DNA of 64,000 nucleotides, taken from positions 900,069 through 964,068 of the forward strand of contig CALSRS010000001.1 of assembly GCA_943788815.1 (NCBI GenBank), given 5' to 3'. Source of the DNA: an uncultured Gammaproteobacteria bacterium (GTDB taxonomy: Bacteria; Pseudomonadota; Gammaproteobacteria; Eutrophobiales; Eutrophobiaceae). Positions 12,101-27,100 of the stretch are shown here, piece by piece. Numbering within the stretch: position 1 is the stretch's first letter; each line of letters starts with the position of its first letter. Below the pieces are notes generated by a model. It had not been told where the DNA came from. It was given only the letters and a program-made list of their open reading frames with translations, and made no database searches. The position numbers and the translations under genes were made by a program.

Positions 12101-15100
12101 AGACGATGATGCCTGCGCGCTGGCCTTCTCAACACCGTCTATGGTGACAGTCCAGACCTTGCCGCTATAGACCGATTCCGAAGAAAAGTCATGCACATAC
12201 GTATCAAAGAATTTGACATCCGGGTCTGGGTCCTTATTCAATGTGGCGACCTTGTTTTCCACAAAGTGGAGGCTATCCACATCGAAGGGGGCATTTCCCG
12301 TTGCCGTGATTAACAGGGTATTTTTAGCCGTGTCCAGCGTGAATACATACCCCGGGAAGGCCGCATCAAGATCACTGAGCAGATCGGGGTAGACAGTAGC
12401 CGGACTACCACTGGTTGCGAGGGTGATTGAAGTTGTACTACCGTCGAGTTCAAAGTCCCAGACCTCACCGGCAACAAAACTGGTTTTGATTTTGGTAATA
12501 TCAAGTTTACCAACAAAATCGTCATCATTACTTTGTGTGGCAAAATAACTGATTTCAGTTTGCTCATCGTTCACAGCATTTGCCAGGCTAAAGCTTATGG
12601 TCGGTGCTGATGACAAATCAGTGTCATTGGTATTGTAGATATATGCGCTCGATGCCGAGGATGATTTCTGAACTTCATAGTTACCGTTTGCCGAGTATGC
12701 TGTATCGATGAGATCCAGCAAATCGCTCTGGCTGGTAGCTGATGCCGATGAACCACCGATGGTGTATTGGCCCACAATCCCTGTATTACTGATGGTCAGT
12801 TTGCGTGCCTCGAACAATGACTCCTCGGTAGCGACAGTATAATCCGCACTATCAACAACTATTGGCTGAGTATTATCACTATCCGTTAGAACAAATAGGC
12901 TACTGTTATCAGTTAGTGTGTATCCCGAGGTAGCTGTAGACCACACAGACCCGTCGAAGGTAAAATCAATATTGGTGCTGCCATTAATGACGATTTTCAG
13001 TAAATCTCCATTTTGTGCAGCTGTAAAACTGGCTGGATAGGCAATATTCGCACTACCATACAAATCAATATTGGACGGAGTAATGTTACTTAGTGTCTGG
13101 TAAGTGGCCGATACAGTGGTGATGTCTGTATCGCCATTATTTGCAATTAGTCGGCCACTATTGTCCAGGTCAAAATCTACATCACTAGAGGCCCATGCAC
13201 CCGCTGCAGTAGTATCATATTCAAAGGTAACCGTGATACCTGCAGGGCTGCCAGTCGGGTAGCTCGTGGTGTTCATGTTCACGGTAACCCTATCCCCGCT
13301 GTTGGGGCTGAGACCTGTAAGATCAGAAACCAGGAAAGCGGGGGCGTTTCTTAAGGAACTTAAAGCCTCGGTAACCGATACATCATCGTATATGGCGCTA
13401 TTAACCGTAAATGTGCCTGTAGAGGTTCGGCTGATTTCAAAATCAGTCGTACTGTCGACCATCTCATAAGTCCCATTAGAAGAAGTCCAGGTTGTGCCAT
13501 CGAAGGTAAAGGTTACGACAAATACAGAGCCATCTGTGATAATTGCCTTAAGGGTATCGCCTGTGGCCGGTATTACCGCCGGGGAGGACGGATACGTAAT
13601 ATCCGCTGGATCACCGGACGCAAAATTTCCAGTTGCATCGGTTATTGTCAGAGCATGGGTATAACCAGGATTAAATACTGCATTGGCCAATACCACCGCT
13701 GCATTAATATTATTTCCGTTAACTACTTCAAACTTCGAAGCAGGAACGGTGACATGCGTCAATGTATGATCCGGGTCAGGTGTAGTCCATGTGCTACCAT
13801 TATAGGTGAACACAACGGAATTTGTATTGATCTCGACGGTAATGGTTGAACCGGTTACGGGGGTAGTCGAAGGATCATTGATGGTCGCTGCACCGTATTC
13901 TGTCGTGTCATTATGGGACTGCGTTGAAACTGTAAAGTAATCGGCTGTATTGATATCAATATCAACCACGGTACCATCCGTGGAAGTAATTTTTCCCGTT
14001 GTCTCATTAAGGGAATAAACTGCGTCGTTGCTGGACCAGGTAACCCCATCATTGGTGATGAATGTGACCGTAGCATTGGTTCCAGAGGTACCGGCATCCT
14101 GATTGGTATCAAGGCCTACCTCGACATAATCACCGATGGCCGGAGACAGTGCCAATGATGCTTCACCACCCACCACCGGAGCGTCCGTCAGGGCGGTTAT
14201 GGGTAGCACCTGCCGCAAACTGAAGCTTGATGGTGAGGCAGAAGTATCCACCAAGATATAGGTACCGTCAATTTCCAGGGGATCAGTAAAGTTGGCATCA
14301 GCCGTATATGCAGCCACAAACGATTCGGCAAAATCATTTTCCAAACCCAGGTCCGCCACGGTAAAGGTAAAACTATTACTCCCGTCACTGAATGTCCATT
14401 TTGTCCCCACAGAGGCAGCGGCCGGTACAGGTATCAATACAGCAGCAGCCTCATTAACCGTTGGCAACTCTACGTTGTCGTAATTGATATCGAGACTGTA
14501 GGTATAACCTTCGCCTGCGGGCACCGTTATTTCCAGGGTAGTGCCATTTCTGTTTGCACTGCCACCGATCAACTGTACAAGCCTGTCGATCACCTGGGTC
14601 TGGTTGGCATAAGTTGAACTGGTTGTTACTTTATGGGTAACAGGTGTTCCACCATTGTCTATGGTCAGGATCCAGTCTTCTTTATTATAGTTGACAGTGG
14701 CTGAACCAAAATCCACTTCCATCTTCTGTCCAACACCGATTTCTGCGGGTATGCCAGTTAGCGTGACTGAAGGTGTATTTGTTTGATCCTGACTGGTCCT
14801 GGTATGTTCCACCCAGACGGAGATGGCCGCCGCAGATCCCGAGTAAACCAGGTTATTACCACTCTTGCTCAAACCAATCAGGCCGTCAAATTCAGTGGCC
14901 AGATTATCCGTAGAGCTGAGTACGGTGTAGCTTTCTATAGTATTTCCAACCTGGATAAACCACTCATCTCCATTCTCAAGATTATTGAAATTATTGAAGG
15001 TAATGGTCGCATTGGTAAAAAGAATATCGCCGTTACCGTCATGATTATCAATCACTGTTGTCCTGGCAGTGACTCTGTCCGCGGGTTGCTTGACTGTCAG

Positions 15101-18100
15101 AACCGGCGCACTGGTAAAGTAAAAAGCGGTATTGGGAGCTGCAGTCAGGGTTACAACATCCCCACTTGTACTGGCCGTTATCGCTCCGGCAGTTGATGAC
15201 TCGGCATTGATTGCATTGACCAGATTTTGGGCAAGAGACACACCCGATGTAACAACGTAATCACTGATGTTGGTTGTGGTGTGGGATGTTTCCCCGGGCT
15301 TGTTTATCACCAGAGACGCACTCAGCAACTGACCATTGATAGGGTCACCGTCCATGGTTATCGCGGCAGTCTTATACCAGTTGGCCACCAGGATAGTTGA
15401 GTTCACAGCATCAAACGTGGATCCGCCGGCACTAGTCAACATGGCTGTATTAACGACAAAATTATAGCGATCCACGGTGCCATCACCGCCACCCGAAATA
15501 GTGGTATAGGGTGTGGAAGAATCAATATTTAATTCACTGGCACCTGGCGGTATATCATCTCCAATATTTCCATTGGCAAAGGTATACCAGTTGTCTGCGT
15601 CTTTATTAGCTGGAATTGTTAGATCTGCAGGGTAGTCCGGATCTTTTACCCAGTCATCAATATTACTGCCGATAATATTGTTATTTGCGTCTTCATCCTC
15701 AAGGATAGGGTCCGGTGCAAAGGCCCAGGCGTCGCGTTTATGCCCTTCTACAGAAACTTGCAGTTCATAGTCGACACCATCCGGCAATCCCAGCTTAAAT
15801 CCTTCCTTATAGTTGTAATACCAGTCATAGCTGTTCGTCACTTCAATAACATAGGTACCAACGCTATTGATTTCATATGTATTGAAATCATCGTACCAAT
15901 ACATATCATAGGTATAATCAACCGAGTTATACGTATAATCCCACGTGCTGCCACCGCTGGCATAAGGACCTGCACTTAAATAAGTAGTATCGGTACGTGC
16001 GGCGAAGCGCTGATTATAATCAGTCGCATAGTCCTGGGGACTGACCTCGATGAACTTGGTCGAATCGGTGGGGTCTACCTTGTATAACTTAAGTTGGCTA
16101 CGCCACCAGAGATCATCACCATAGGTATAGCCCTTGTCCACATCAAGATTGACCGTCACGGAATTGCTGGCATTAGTCAGCATCGTAGAATCAATCTTGA
16201 AACTATAGAAATCTGCGCTGCCTTCCAGTTCTCCACTGATGCTGATATAAGGAAACGTGTTTGGAGCAAAAATATCCGTATCTACCTCAATACCCCACTC
16301 GGAATCCTCGAGATTCTGGGCGGTGGTGATGGTGTTATTTTTTCTGCTCTCACCAATTTCAGGTAGGCCAAAGGTACCGCTGAATTCCCATTCAGACGTG
16401 GTAGCATTATAGACACCCTGATCAAGCAGCTGCCCTTCCACGTAGACAACTTCCTGGGCCTTTTCTGTGACGATGGTGCTGCCATCTGTCTCAAGGAAGA
16501 TAATATCCTGAACCTCGTTGTCACCGATCATAACGTCCACAGAGGCAATACTAATACCGCTATATTCAGGCGCCGTTGTGGTAATGCTATGGTCGATATG
16601 ACTGTAGTGAATACCTTCAACCGCTGTGTCATCCATGGCGGAGATAGTTATCTTCGCAGCATGGTTCCAGTGGTAGATGTTATTAGCTGTATTTTCCGCT
16701 GTTCCACTATTGACAAAGGTTATGGACGATGGCTGGGTACTTAATTGTGCACCGGTATTAGGATCAACATACGGGCTTATATTTACTGTTACCGGTTGCC
16801 CCAGAGGAGGTTCTTTTGACAACATTAACTCATAGCTATCGTGATCCACCGCATAATTAGTCTGCCCTGCAGCCACATCTATCTCGCCGACTACTAATTG
16901 TTCCTGGGATGGTAATACCACCACATTCGCTGTCTGCGTATCCACTACCCTGACCACAAAATTATTGACTTCCACATTGTCATATTCATCGCCATCCACT
17001 GCACCATCTTCAACAATAGTGTGCTGTATCTGGTAGGACTGTATGCCTTCTATTCCGCCATTAAATGCACCGCTATCAACGGGTGCTGTAACCGTAATAA
17101 TGCGTTCCTGATACCAGTTGGTCTTGTCAAAAAGGAAGGTTACGCCCTTTGCACTGCCATTGAGTAATATGCCTTCCGGTCTGATCAGGGTATCAGTATT
17201 CTGGCTGTCCTCTGCATCTTCAGCAAATGCTGGCTTGGCAGAGAATGAAACAACCCCCTTGGGCGGACGGGTAAGTAATACTGCATATTGCACATAGGCA
17301 TAGGCGCCGAAAACCGCACCTGCCGGGCCTGCTCCGCCTGGGTTATCTTCAAATATGGTATTACCCGTACCAATCGGAATCAGTCTGACACCGGCTTCGT
17401 CTTCATCCATAACTTGTGTGCTGAGTGTACGAATGACATCGCTGGTCAGGGTTTCATGCTCTATCAGGCTGTTATAACCCTCAAGATCGTCGGCCACGAC
17501 AGAGACTGCATCACCGTCGGGTCCATCGCCTATATTGAAGGTATCAGAACCAAGACCGCCTATGATCTGCAATTCTGCATCAGCAGGTGTACTAAAAACG
17601 AAGAAACTATCGTTACCCTCAAGCCCATCCACAATAATCTGTTCGATTCCGTCATAGGACGTATAGCGGCCGAGGCCATAAATACCCTCATCTGTTACGA
17701 CGAAGTCATCGGCGAATTCAGTACCGATTACGGTTAATGAATCAAGGCCATCGCCACCGGCGATACGGACGGGGGAATTAATGGCATAGGAAATATAATC
17801 AGCCCCGTCACCACCATTGATATTCGTAATCGGCGCCAGTGGATCATCAGGGTCTACCAGCACAAATGATCGCACAAGGAAGTTATCACTGTCCGCACCA
17901 CCCAAAAGACTAACAGTGGCCTGGTTGCTGAGTACAGTAAAACTGTCGTCCCCGATCCCACCAATCAAGGTTGCCGCGGCACTCACACCATTGGACAGAT
18001 ATCCCTGGGTAGTGAGATAGGTAAGAAAGGTATCATCAGCACTCAAGCCCGCAAAGGTATCCCGTGGGGATTGATACATCTGTCCCAGCTGGAAGATATC

Positions 18101-21100
18101 ATCACCTTCACCAGCATCAACCGTCAGCAGCACGTTGGAATCATCAAAGATGAAAGTATCATTGCCGCCATAGGTAGACAGCGATAGTCCAGCAAATCCC
18201 GAATAATCTATTCTTTGGGCAACATCATAGCGATACAACAATGCATTACGGAACAGAAAATGGTCATCAACATCCTCGATGTCTTCAGTACTGATGACCA
18301 GAGCGTTACCGGCCGAATTGGCATCCGTTGCGATGACATCATCAAGATTGATATCCCCAGTGGCGGTACCATATATTTTCAGTTGGTAGTAATCAGCATT
18401 TGCACCGCCTGAAATATACATCCCCTCGACATTACCCACCTGGGTGACGCTGATTTCATCCTGACCGGCGCCGGTCAACAAGCTAAGGGCAGCCGCCGAT
18501 GTGACGGACGTAATATTACCGGTCTGTTCCAGCGAGAGAGTAATTTGGTCAACATCACTAATACTATCAACGTCAAAACTACTTCTCGTCGCCAGAGACA
18601 TGCCTTCGATTGTCCCTGCAATAATCACATCAGCAACGGCAATACCATCGGCAAGTTCGATATCCACGGCCCGGGAAGTGCCATTGGCAGATGTAATGAT
18701 TGCAGACTGATTTATGATCAGGTCCAGAATGTCATTAAACTGACCAGTGGTTACGACATGCATTCCATCAATTGAGCCGTCCAGATTGACGTTTGCATTG
18801 AGTGACGTATCACCCAGATCAAATACTATTGATGGGCTGCTACTATCTGCTGAAGTCACTACAGCAGTACTAATCAGATCAAGATCCAGATTGCCGTTGA
18901 CGGCATCTATATTAAATCCGTTTACAATTCCCTGTAGGTTAATATCGACACTCCCACCACCAGCTCCGGTATCAATGGAAACGGTGCCCGCGTTACCCGT
19001 GTTGTCAAAATCTATCGTATCAATTCCTGTCCCGGTAACTAGCGAGATCCCATCAACATCTCCTGCTGAGAGAAAGTTGGTAACGGTAGCTCCGTTGGCA
19101 AGATTAATATCTATGGCGCGGGAGGTGCCGTTTGCAGAGGTAATGATGGCGCCCGCCTGTATGGTCAAGTCGACAAGATCGGTAAAGACCCCTGCACTAT
19201 CCAGGAAAAATCCGTCTATGGTACCGGCAAGGTTAATGTTCGCATTAACCGAGGCACTACCCAGGTCAAAGATAATTGACGGGCTGGTACTGTCCGGTGA
19301 AGTAACCATTGCATTCACCAGCATATCGAGATCCGTAACCCCGTTATCGGCATCCAACCTGAAGCCGTTCACCGCTCCCTGCAGATTAACGTCAACCCGC
19401 GCCGCACCATCGTTGGTTTCAATGGTGACAGTACCGATAGTACCGTTACTCAGCAAATCCAGTTGATCAGCACCGCTACCCGTATCAATGGAAACATTAC
19501 CCGCATTGTCATTTATGGTGACGTCAATGATATCCGCGGCTGCGCCTGTCTCAATTACAAGGTTACCCATGCCACCGGAAACTGAGATATCAATCTCATC
19601 AACGCCATTACCAGTATCAATAGTAATGTCACCCGTGCTATCAATTGTAATGTTACCATCGCTATCAATGACAGGATTCGTAATACCAATATTCACAAAA
19701 TCTTTATCATTTTCTCCATAAAATGCTAACGAACCCTTCATTGAGATAACATTGACAGTATCCTCACCATCACTGGCAAATAACGAGACTTTACCCGCAT
19801 ATGTGCTATCAATATGAAATATATCGTCACCTCCGCCTGTGTAGATAGTGATCTCATCAAGATATTTTGCCGAATCAATACTTATTTCTTCGACGAGTAT
19901 CGTTGATGCATCATCATTAATATTCAAATTGAGATTCTCTACACCAGCAAACCATATGCCAAGATCATTCAGACCAACCACCGAATCATAGACCACGGTG
20001 TATTCAGTACCCGGTTCACGGCCTATGACAACCGATGAATCAACAACAATATCGACATCTTCAATTTTGGTAATAATGATATCGGTCGGCAAGTAGAAGC
20101 CGTCCGTATCCTGTACAGTTTTAATATCGACGCTGTGGCGCTGGTTTGCACCATCATAGATAAACAGGCCGTCACTAATGGGTACCGTGATGTCGGGAGC
20201 GGTGCGTAATGTTTGTCCAAAGGCCTCTTCAATCAACTGTGTAACCTGCAAGTCGGTAAAGAAACTGGTATCAACAGGGTTGCCAACAATACCATCGGCC
20301 GGGTCGGTAATGAGAGGATCAGCCAATGCAGCGTAATAATCATGCCGTGCAGACGTCAACTTGTTTTCAACAACCAGTGCATCCAGGTAAGCGTTCCAGT
20401 TATTCACGGTAAGGTAAACCCGGTCTGACAGTAAAGCACTTGCAGGATCAAGGGCTACCTGACCATCAACGGTCACTGGCGGCGTGATAGTATCATCACT
20501 ATCATTCAGGCGTCTTACCGCGACTGCTTCAAGGGCCTGCTTACCATCACTGTCAACACCATAGTATGAGTAGGTGTAATAGGATCGTTCATAATTGTCG
20601 ATCTCGGCAACATAGGCCCTCTCCATTTTTATTGGATCGTAACCATAAGTGAAACCATCGATACGACCTGTAATGAGATTCGATGATGACTTGTTTGCCT
20701 TGTTTCCATCCTTGTATATGACGTAGTTGATCTCGCGCAGGGTACGGCTCTCACCCAAGGTATCATTGGGCGGCAGTGCCAGATCGCCAGCCATGATCTT
20801 CGCGCCCTCCTCGTAGGGATCAAATCCGGTCGTGTTTGGTCGATTGAAGAACTCTTCTACTGGCGAATCGATTGTTTCAACTTCGCCAGGGAGAGCGGTA
20901 CGATACTCGGATTCCAGCCATATTTTCTGGTTATATTGCCAGGTGGATTCCCGCGCTGCCAGCACTGGTGAGTCCTGCTTGTACACTCGCAGCGCCGTAT
21001 CGCCGGTCCAGGAAAAACCTTCGGTAGTCCGAAGATCCTGGCTGACAGAGGTTAACTCAACAAAATGCTTGAGCTCGTTCAGGCGCGTCTCAATGGTAAC

Positions 21101-24100
21101 TGCCTCGGCAAGGGGATTGGCCAGCGCAATAGAAGCATCTTTATCCAGCAACTCGAACAAGGTCACGTTATTAAGTAAGGCATCAAGCGCGTCAAGGGAG
21201 AAATCAGCTTCACTCACAAGCGTGGTATTACCGTTGAGAATTAGCCCACGGTTTACAAAATTTTGTACAGCATCAACATAAGCCCGCTCCGCATTTGTGC
21301 CGCTTTGCAGGGCGGTGTCAAGTGCGATACTCGCCGTGTTCAGTGCATTGAGTGTTGTAGAGAGCTCAAAGATATGGGTGAGGGTATCAACCTGCAGTGA
21401 CACCGTGGCATTGGCAACGGTGTTGTCAGCAAGCTGATCGAGTATACCAATTTGGCTCTCCTTATGTGCCCTGGACAACGCATCCTGGACATCGATAGGT
21501 TCGACACCACTTGGTAGCACGGGCAGCTTGCTATAATCATAAATAAAATCTCCAAGGAGCAGTGTTTGTTCCTCAATGCTAAGGTCAAATCCGCTGTTAT
21601 CGCGGGCATTGATAGTCAACTTGTCACCATCACCAAGGCCGCCTGCAATACGCACTACCCCTTCAATTTCATTCAAGTCATAGTTCTCTGGCAGGGTTTT
21701 AATTACCGTACGCTCGGGTAATTCATCGAAGCGATAGGAAGCCGCACCCTTTTCTATCATGGTGTGCTTGATACGCTCAATGTTGATCGTGTTATCAGGT
21801 GCTGGCAAATCGACTTCATAGAACAGGCTGATCACATCCCAGAACAGGTTATTGCCTGATAGCGGTTGGGCACCACCCATACTATAGGTAGGCATCCATA
21901 CACCATCCTCACCTGTTATATGTGGCAGCCAACCATTGGCAGGTACCTGGTGAGCATAAAGATCGGTAAGGAATAGATCGGGCTCATAGAAGAAACCGTT
22001 GTTCAGCCAGTTAAAATCAGCAAAACCCCAGAAACTTCCGGAAGAAGTAGTAAAGGTCTGCTCAACGCGAGGACTGAAAAGCCCGGTACCCTCTCGTACC
22101 GGCTCTGCCCGGATCATGTCACCCGCAATAGCATGGGCAATAGCGGTGTTCATATAATTGAATAAATGCCGATCCAGCGTTATGCCGCCGGCATTGAAAT
22201 TTGTGTTTGGTGCAATGGTTTGCAGCGTATCGAAATCAACCTGTGTAGGGAGAATCGGTGACCAGTCGTTGTTCAGGGCATTGTTTAATGAGCTATAGTA
22301 GGCGACGCTATAGCTGAGACCAAGGAAGCCATGATAATAGCCATAGGAATCGACAGTCTGATAATCCCAGCGGTACTGGTTAGTATTCTGCAACTGTGCC
22401 TCGAAGGTATTCAGCGATGTCAAGAATTCGTTCTTCTCACTACGCGCACTAGCACCCCAGCTACTGGGTGAATTCTTCAGGGGGACAACACGATAAGTCG
22501 ATGCCGCCAGTTCAACTGCCTGGGCATACAGTTTAAGTGCAACGGCCAGGTTTGCTTCGAGCAGGGCCCAGTGTTTCAGACCGATATCGACGTTGAGCAA
22601 GTCTGAGGCACTTATCTCAGGGGCAACCCATTTCTTATAGAAGTCACGCCAGGCTTCATCTTTATCGGTTTGTGAAAGCAGGCTGTCCAATGAGCGATAA
22701 CGATGATTAAAAAATGCGTCATTGTAAAAAGCATTCTCATCAGCGGTGAACTCGACAGCAAGGTCCTGTTCGACGGTGTACACCGCACTGGACTCGGGAT
22801 AAGTAACGGAGAAATGCCGCTCCTCGCCACCAATTATGATTTCATCATTACCGGAACCCATGTTAATCAACAAACTGAGACTGGGGTCAATTCCATAGAG
22901 ATAAACCGTATCATCACCGGAGCCGGTCAACAGCGCGAGTCGTTCAATACTATCGATATTCTCGAGCTTGAGACCGGCGCCAAAGAGATACTGGCGGTTA
23001 TCTTCGTCGGTAAAGACATAGAATTCATCGGGAAGCGCGGTACCTGCTACAACCACGGTGTCAAAACCACTACCACCATAAATCTCAACGCGGTTGTTCT
23101 CTACATAATCGATGAGGATATCTTCATCTTCCTCGGCGATGTTGTTCTCGGCATCACCGGCACCGGCGGTGATCTGGCCGCCATCAATTTCCTCGGTGGT
23201 CATGGCACCGGGGGCACCCTTGGCCTGCAACTGCGCCTTGAGGAAAAAGGTATCATCACCGGCCTCACCGAAGAGTTCAAGTTCACCAATGTTATGGTTG
23301 ACCTCAAAGTAGTCATCATTACCGCCACCAAAAAAGGCCGCGTTGAAGCTGACTCCGGGTGTAATACCGTTCTCGCCGTCAACCACTTCAACCATGAGAC
23401 CGCCAATATCGACGGTCTTGGTCTTAATCACGCGGCCGATAAGAAAATTGTCCTTGCCTTCGTCACCGGACACCACCATGGCGGCCATGCTATCGTCGGA
23501 AATAAATGTATCGTTCCCCTTACCGCCACGGATATCAATCACCTCTACGCTGCGATCATAGTAAACGCGCTGATAAACCGTAGGATCAGACACGGATATT
23601 GACTCGCGCGTCGTCGCTGCCGCATCGGCAACATCAAGCGGCGTGCTGGCCACGTTCGTGGTAACGCCAATGGCAAAAAAGTTTTCCTTGTCATCAAGCA
23701 GTGCATCATCAAGAAAAACACGCCAGGGTGACTGGCTTGTACCTGCACCGGTGACGGTTGCCACCGTAATATCGTCCAGACTCTCAAGTGCAGCTTCTAT
23801 GTCCGTAGCGTTGGATTGGTGAGAAAGACCAGAAGTACTGGTATTACCGTTGTAGGTGACCTCAAAGGCACCGGTTTCGCCCGGCAGGATATTAAATAAT
23901 TGTGTTTCGTTTGCCGGCCGCTCGAACAGGGCATCAAGATCGGGTTTACCATCCAGCAGAGACTGTGCAAGGTCTGCCGTAATACGGGTCACCGTTGCCC
24001 GGGTCACATGCAATTTAATTTCGATATCATCGCTGAGCAGGCGGAAAAAACGACCCTCGGAGTTACGCCCAACAGTGCTGGCGTCATTAATAATGATGTT

Positions 24101-27100
24101 CCAGAGCGGGCGCGGACCGCTGGTATCGAGTTCAACATCAACATCGAGATCAACATTGGGCAGGGCTTCTAGTGCAGCTTCGATCTGGGACGCTGTTGAG
24201 TTTTGATCGAGGACAGCGGTGGTTGTTTCCCCGGCATAGGTGAGAGTGAAATTACCATCAACCGCGCTCTCAATCTGCTGACGGGATCGGTCGGCATCAA
24301 GGTGCAGAGTATCATCACCATCCCCTCCCACCATCAATACCTGGTCACTATCAGCACTACCAGTTCCGGTGTCGACGATGAATACCTTCGACTGGATCGG
24401 CGGTGGGCCGACCAGGTCGCCCTGCAGAGTGACCACATAGGTATCGCTGAGTTCGGTACCATCAAGGAACGCGGTCTGGGTAAAACCCGTAACAGCAAAA
24501 TTATTATTACTGGCACCACCGAAAAGCTCAAATATCTCAAAATTGTCAAAGCCTTCCGGGATTCCCTCAATTTCATTGATGGGATCAAACTGAGTGAAAT
24601 CCAGAAGGTTCTGTTCCAGTCCGCTGATAGTCAGAGAGCTATCAGTCAGAGAGAAATTAAGATCTCGCACTTCAAGTAGTGTGTCTGTGCCCGAGATATC
24701 TATGAAGGTATCTTTGCCGGCTCCACCGGTGACTGAGTCATCACCACTACCGGAATCGATGATATCCTCACGCGCTGTACCGACGATGCGATCATTATCC
24801 GCGCCACCAATAAAAACCAGGTTGTCGGCCGCGCGGGCTGAAATGATGTCCTGGAGGGTGACCGCGAGGTCGGGGTCATCAGGGTCTTTGGGCAGGAAGC
24901 CGGCAACAATACGATCATCACCAGCGCGACCATCAATCGTTATGATGTCGTGTTCGACAGAATTGACAAGGTCATCAAGATCGATACCGCGCACCGTGAT
25001 GATGACCCTGTCGCTGTCATCAAGTGTACCGTCACTATTCAGACGGCGATGCGTGACCTGCACGGTATCGATCTGGGTCTCTGTGATGGGATTGCCATCT
25101 TCATCTATCTCGCCAGTATCGAAGACCTCATGACCCACCAGAAAATAGTCACGCTCATCAGCTGCACCGCCACCGATATTCACGGTGTCGATGGAATGGT
25201 CAGTGACATAGACCGGGTCGGCAAAAAAGTCTGTTTTGCCGGTCAGTTCAACGGTACCGTCACCATCGAGATCGGCCCAGGTCGGTTTCTCAACGAGACG
25301 TGGACCAAGACGCTCAATGGTTTGTGCCGAGGAGATATACACACTGCTCGAAGCGAGATTAGCTGTAGCGGAAAAGCTGGCGAGTATGAGATTACTGTCC
25401 AGGATCGTGGTTAATGGCTGAAATTCATTCTCACTATCAAGTTTTTCAATAACCTGGCGTGTTTCCAGGGTGTTACTGGACAGGGCCATAAATTGCCCGT
25501 AGTCGTAGGTTGCGACAACCGGATTGTCCGGGTCGAAGCCCTCGATGGAAATCTGCCAGTTCTTATTGTCCGGATCAGAATCATCTATTATCACCGTTGC
25601 ACCAGTACCCAGTGAATCGAGCTTCGCCTGGATATCTGCGCGCGTGGATACGGTTACACCTGCAAGACTAAGGCTGTTTTCTGGCAAAACGATGGTGGCA
25701 CTCTTACCCTCATAGAAAAAGCGGGCAACCTCAACGGCGGTCGGTAAGTCGATCTGCGCTACATGGAAATCAGCAGATATACTGTTAACACTATCGTTGG
25801 CACTGACAAAATTAAGCACCTGCACGAATTCAACAATATATTCATCATTAACGGCCTCGTAAGCCACGGTGACATGTTCTAGGCCCGGCAACGTTCTCAA
25901 TCTCGACTGTAAATTAGATGCCTGGATTATAGTACTGGCATCAATATCTATTGCTGACAGAGACAGGCTGGCACCGTCATAGCCAATTTCGAGACCGTCG
26001 ATGATATCCGCTGCGGCAAGCGCCTGGATGTTTGCGTTGTTATTAATAACGCGGGCAGGAACGGTTGAGCCAGGGGCCCCATTCAAAAGTGGCAGGGCAT
26101 TGGCGAAATTAACATTAAATCCTCCCGCAGCAAAACTGACACTGACATTTTCCAGCCCGGATAGCAGCCGTAGTCGGTCCTGCAGTAATTGTGACTGGTT
26201 GGTAATGTCGTTTTCATCAATATCGGCGGCACCGAGGGTGATAATACTGCCGTCGTAAGCAAATGCACTGTCGGCGACCAGTGCACTCGCAGGGACGACC
26301 TGGTCATTGAGGGACGTACCGCTCAGCAACGCCATAAAATCAGCCGCGCTGACTACCGTTAACGCCTGTTCATCGGCGCTGTCATATATAAATAGAAAGT
26401 CGGTACCATCGGCAATGACCTGCAAGGAATTGAGACCCGTGAGCGTAGCGAGCCGAATTTGTAACAGTGCCGCCTGAGCATCGCTGTCGGCAGCATTGAT
26501 ATCAGCCGCTGTCAGGATAAGACCCGCACCATCAAAGAAAAATTGCGTGCCTGCAAGTATATCCGTGCCCGCAACAGCAGTACTCGGTACAACATCAAAG
26601 TCCGGTGTCGGATCACCAAAACTGCCAAAATCATAGCTAACGGTTACTGGGTTGGTCTCATTATAATTGTTAAGGCGAATTACCCATGGCTCAGCCGGAG
26701 TGCCTGCACCCTGTACAGCTATGGTAGCCCCGGTACCAAGACTGTCGATCTGGTTCAGCAGTTGCGTTCGTATGTCCCCTTCACTTGGCGGCGGTGTGAC
26801 GTCAATAGTGACACTCTGTGTGGCTGTACTAAAGGTTGCAGTTTCGATGTTGGCCGGTAGTTCGAGCGAACCGACAACAATATCAGCAGGAATGGCAACC
26901 TCGGCAAAGGGGCCACCGGTATTGTAGAGAACATCAATGGGACCGGGGAAGGCTACAACATAAGTTGATGCCGTTGCATCATGAAATACCGTCACATCAG
27001 CGAGCAAGGGTTCATCAGCAAGTCTGATCTTCAGTAGTTGTGCCTGGTTTGCAGTGTCAATGTTATCGATATCGGCAACACCGAGAGTGATATTAGTACC

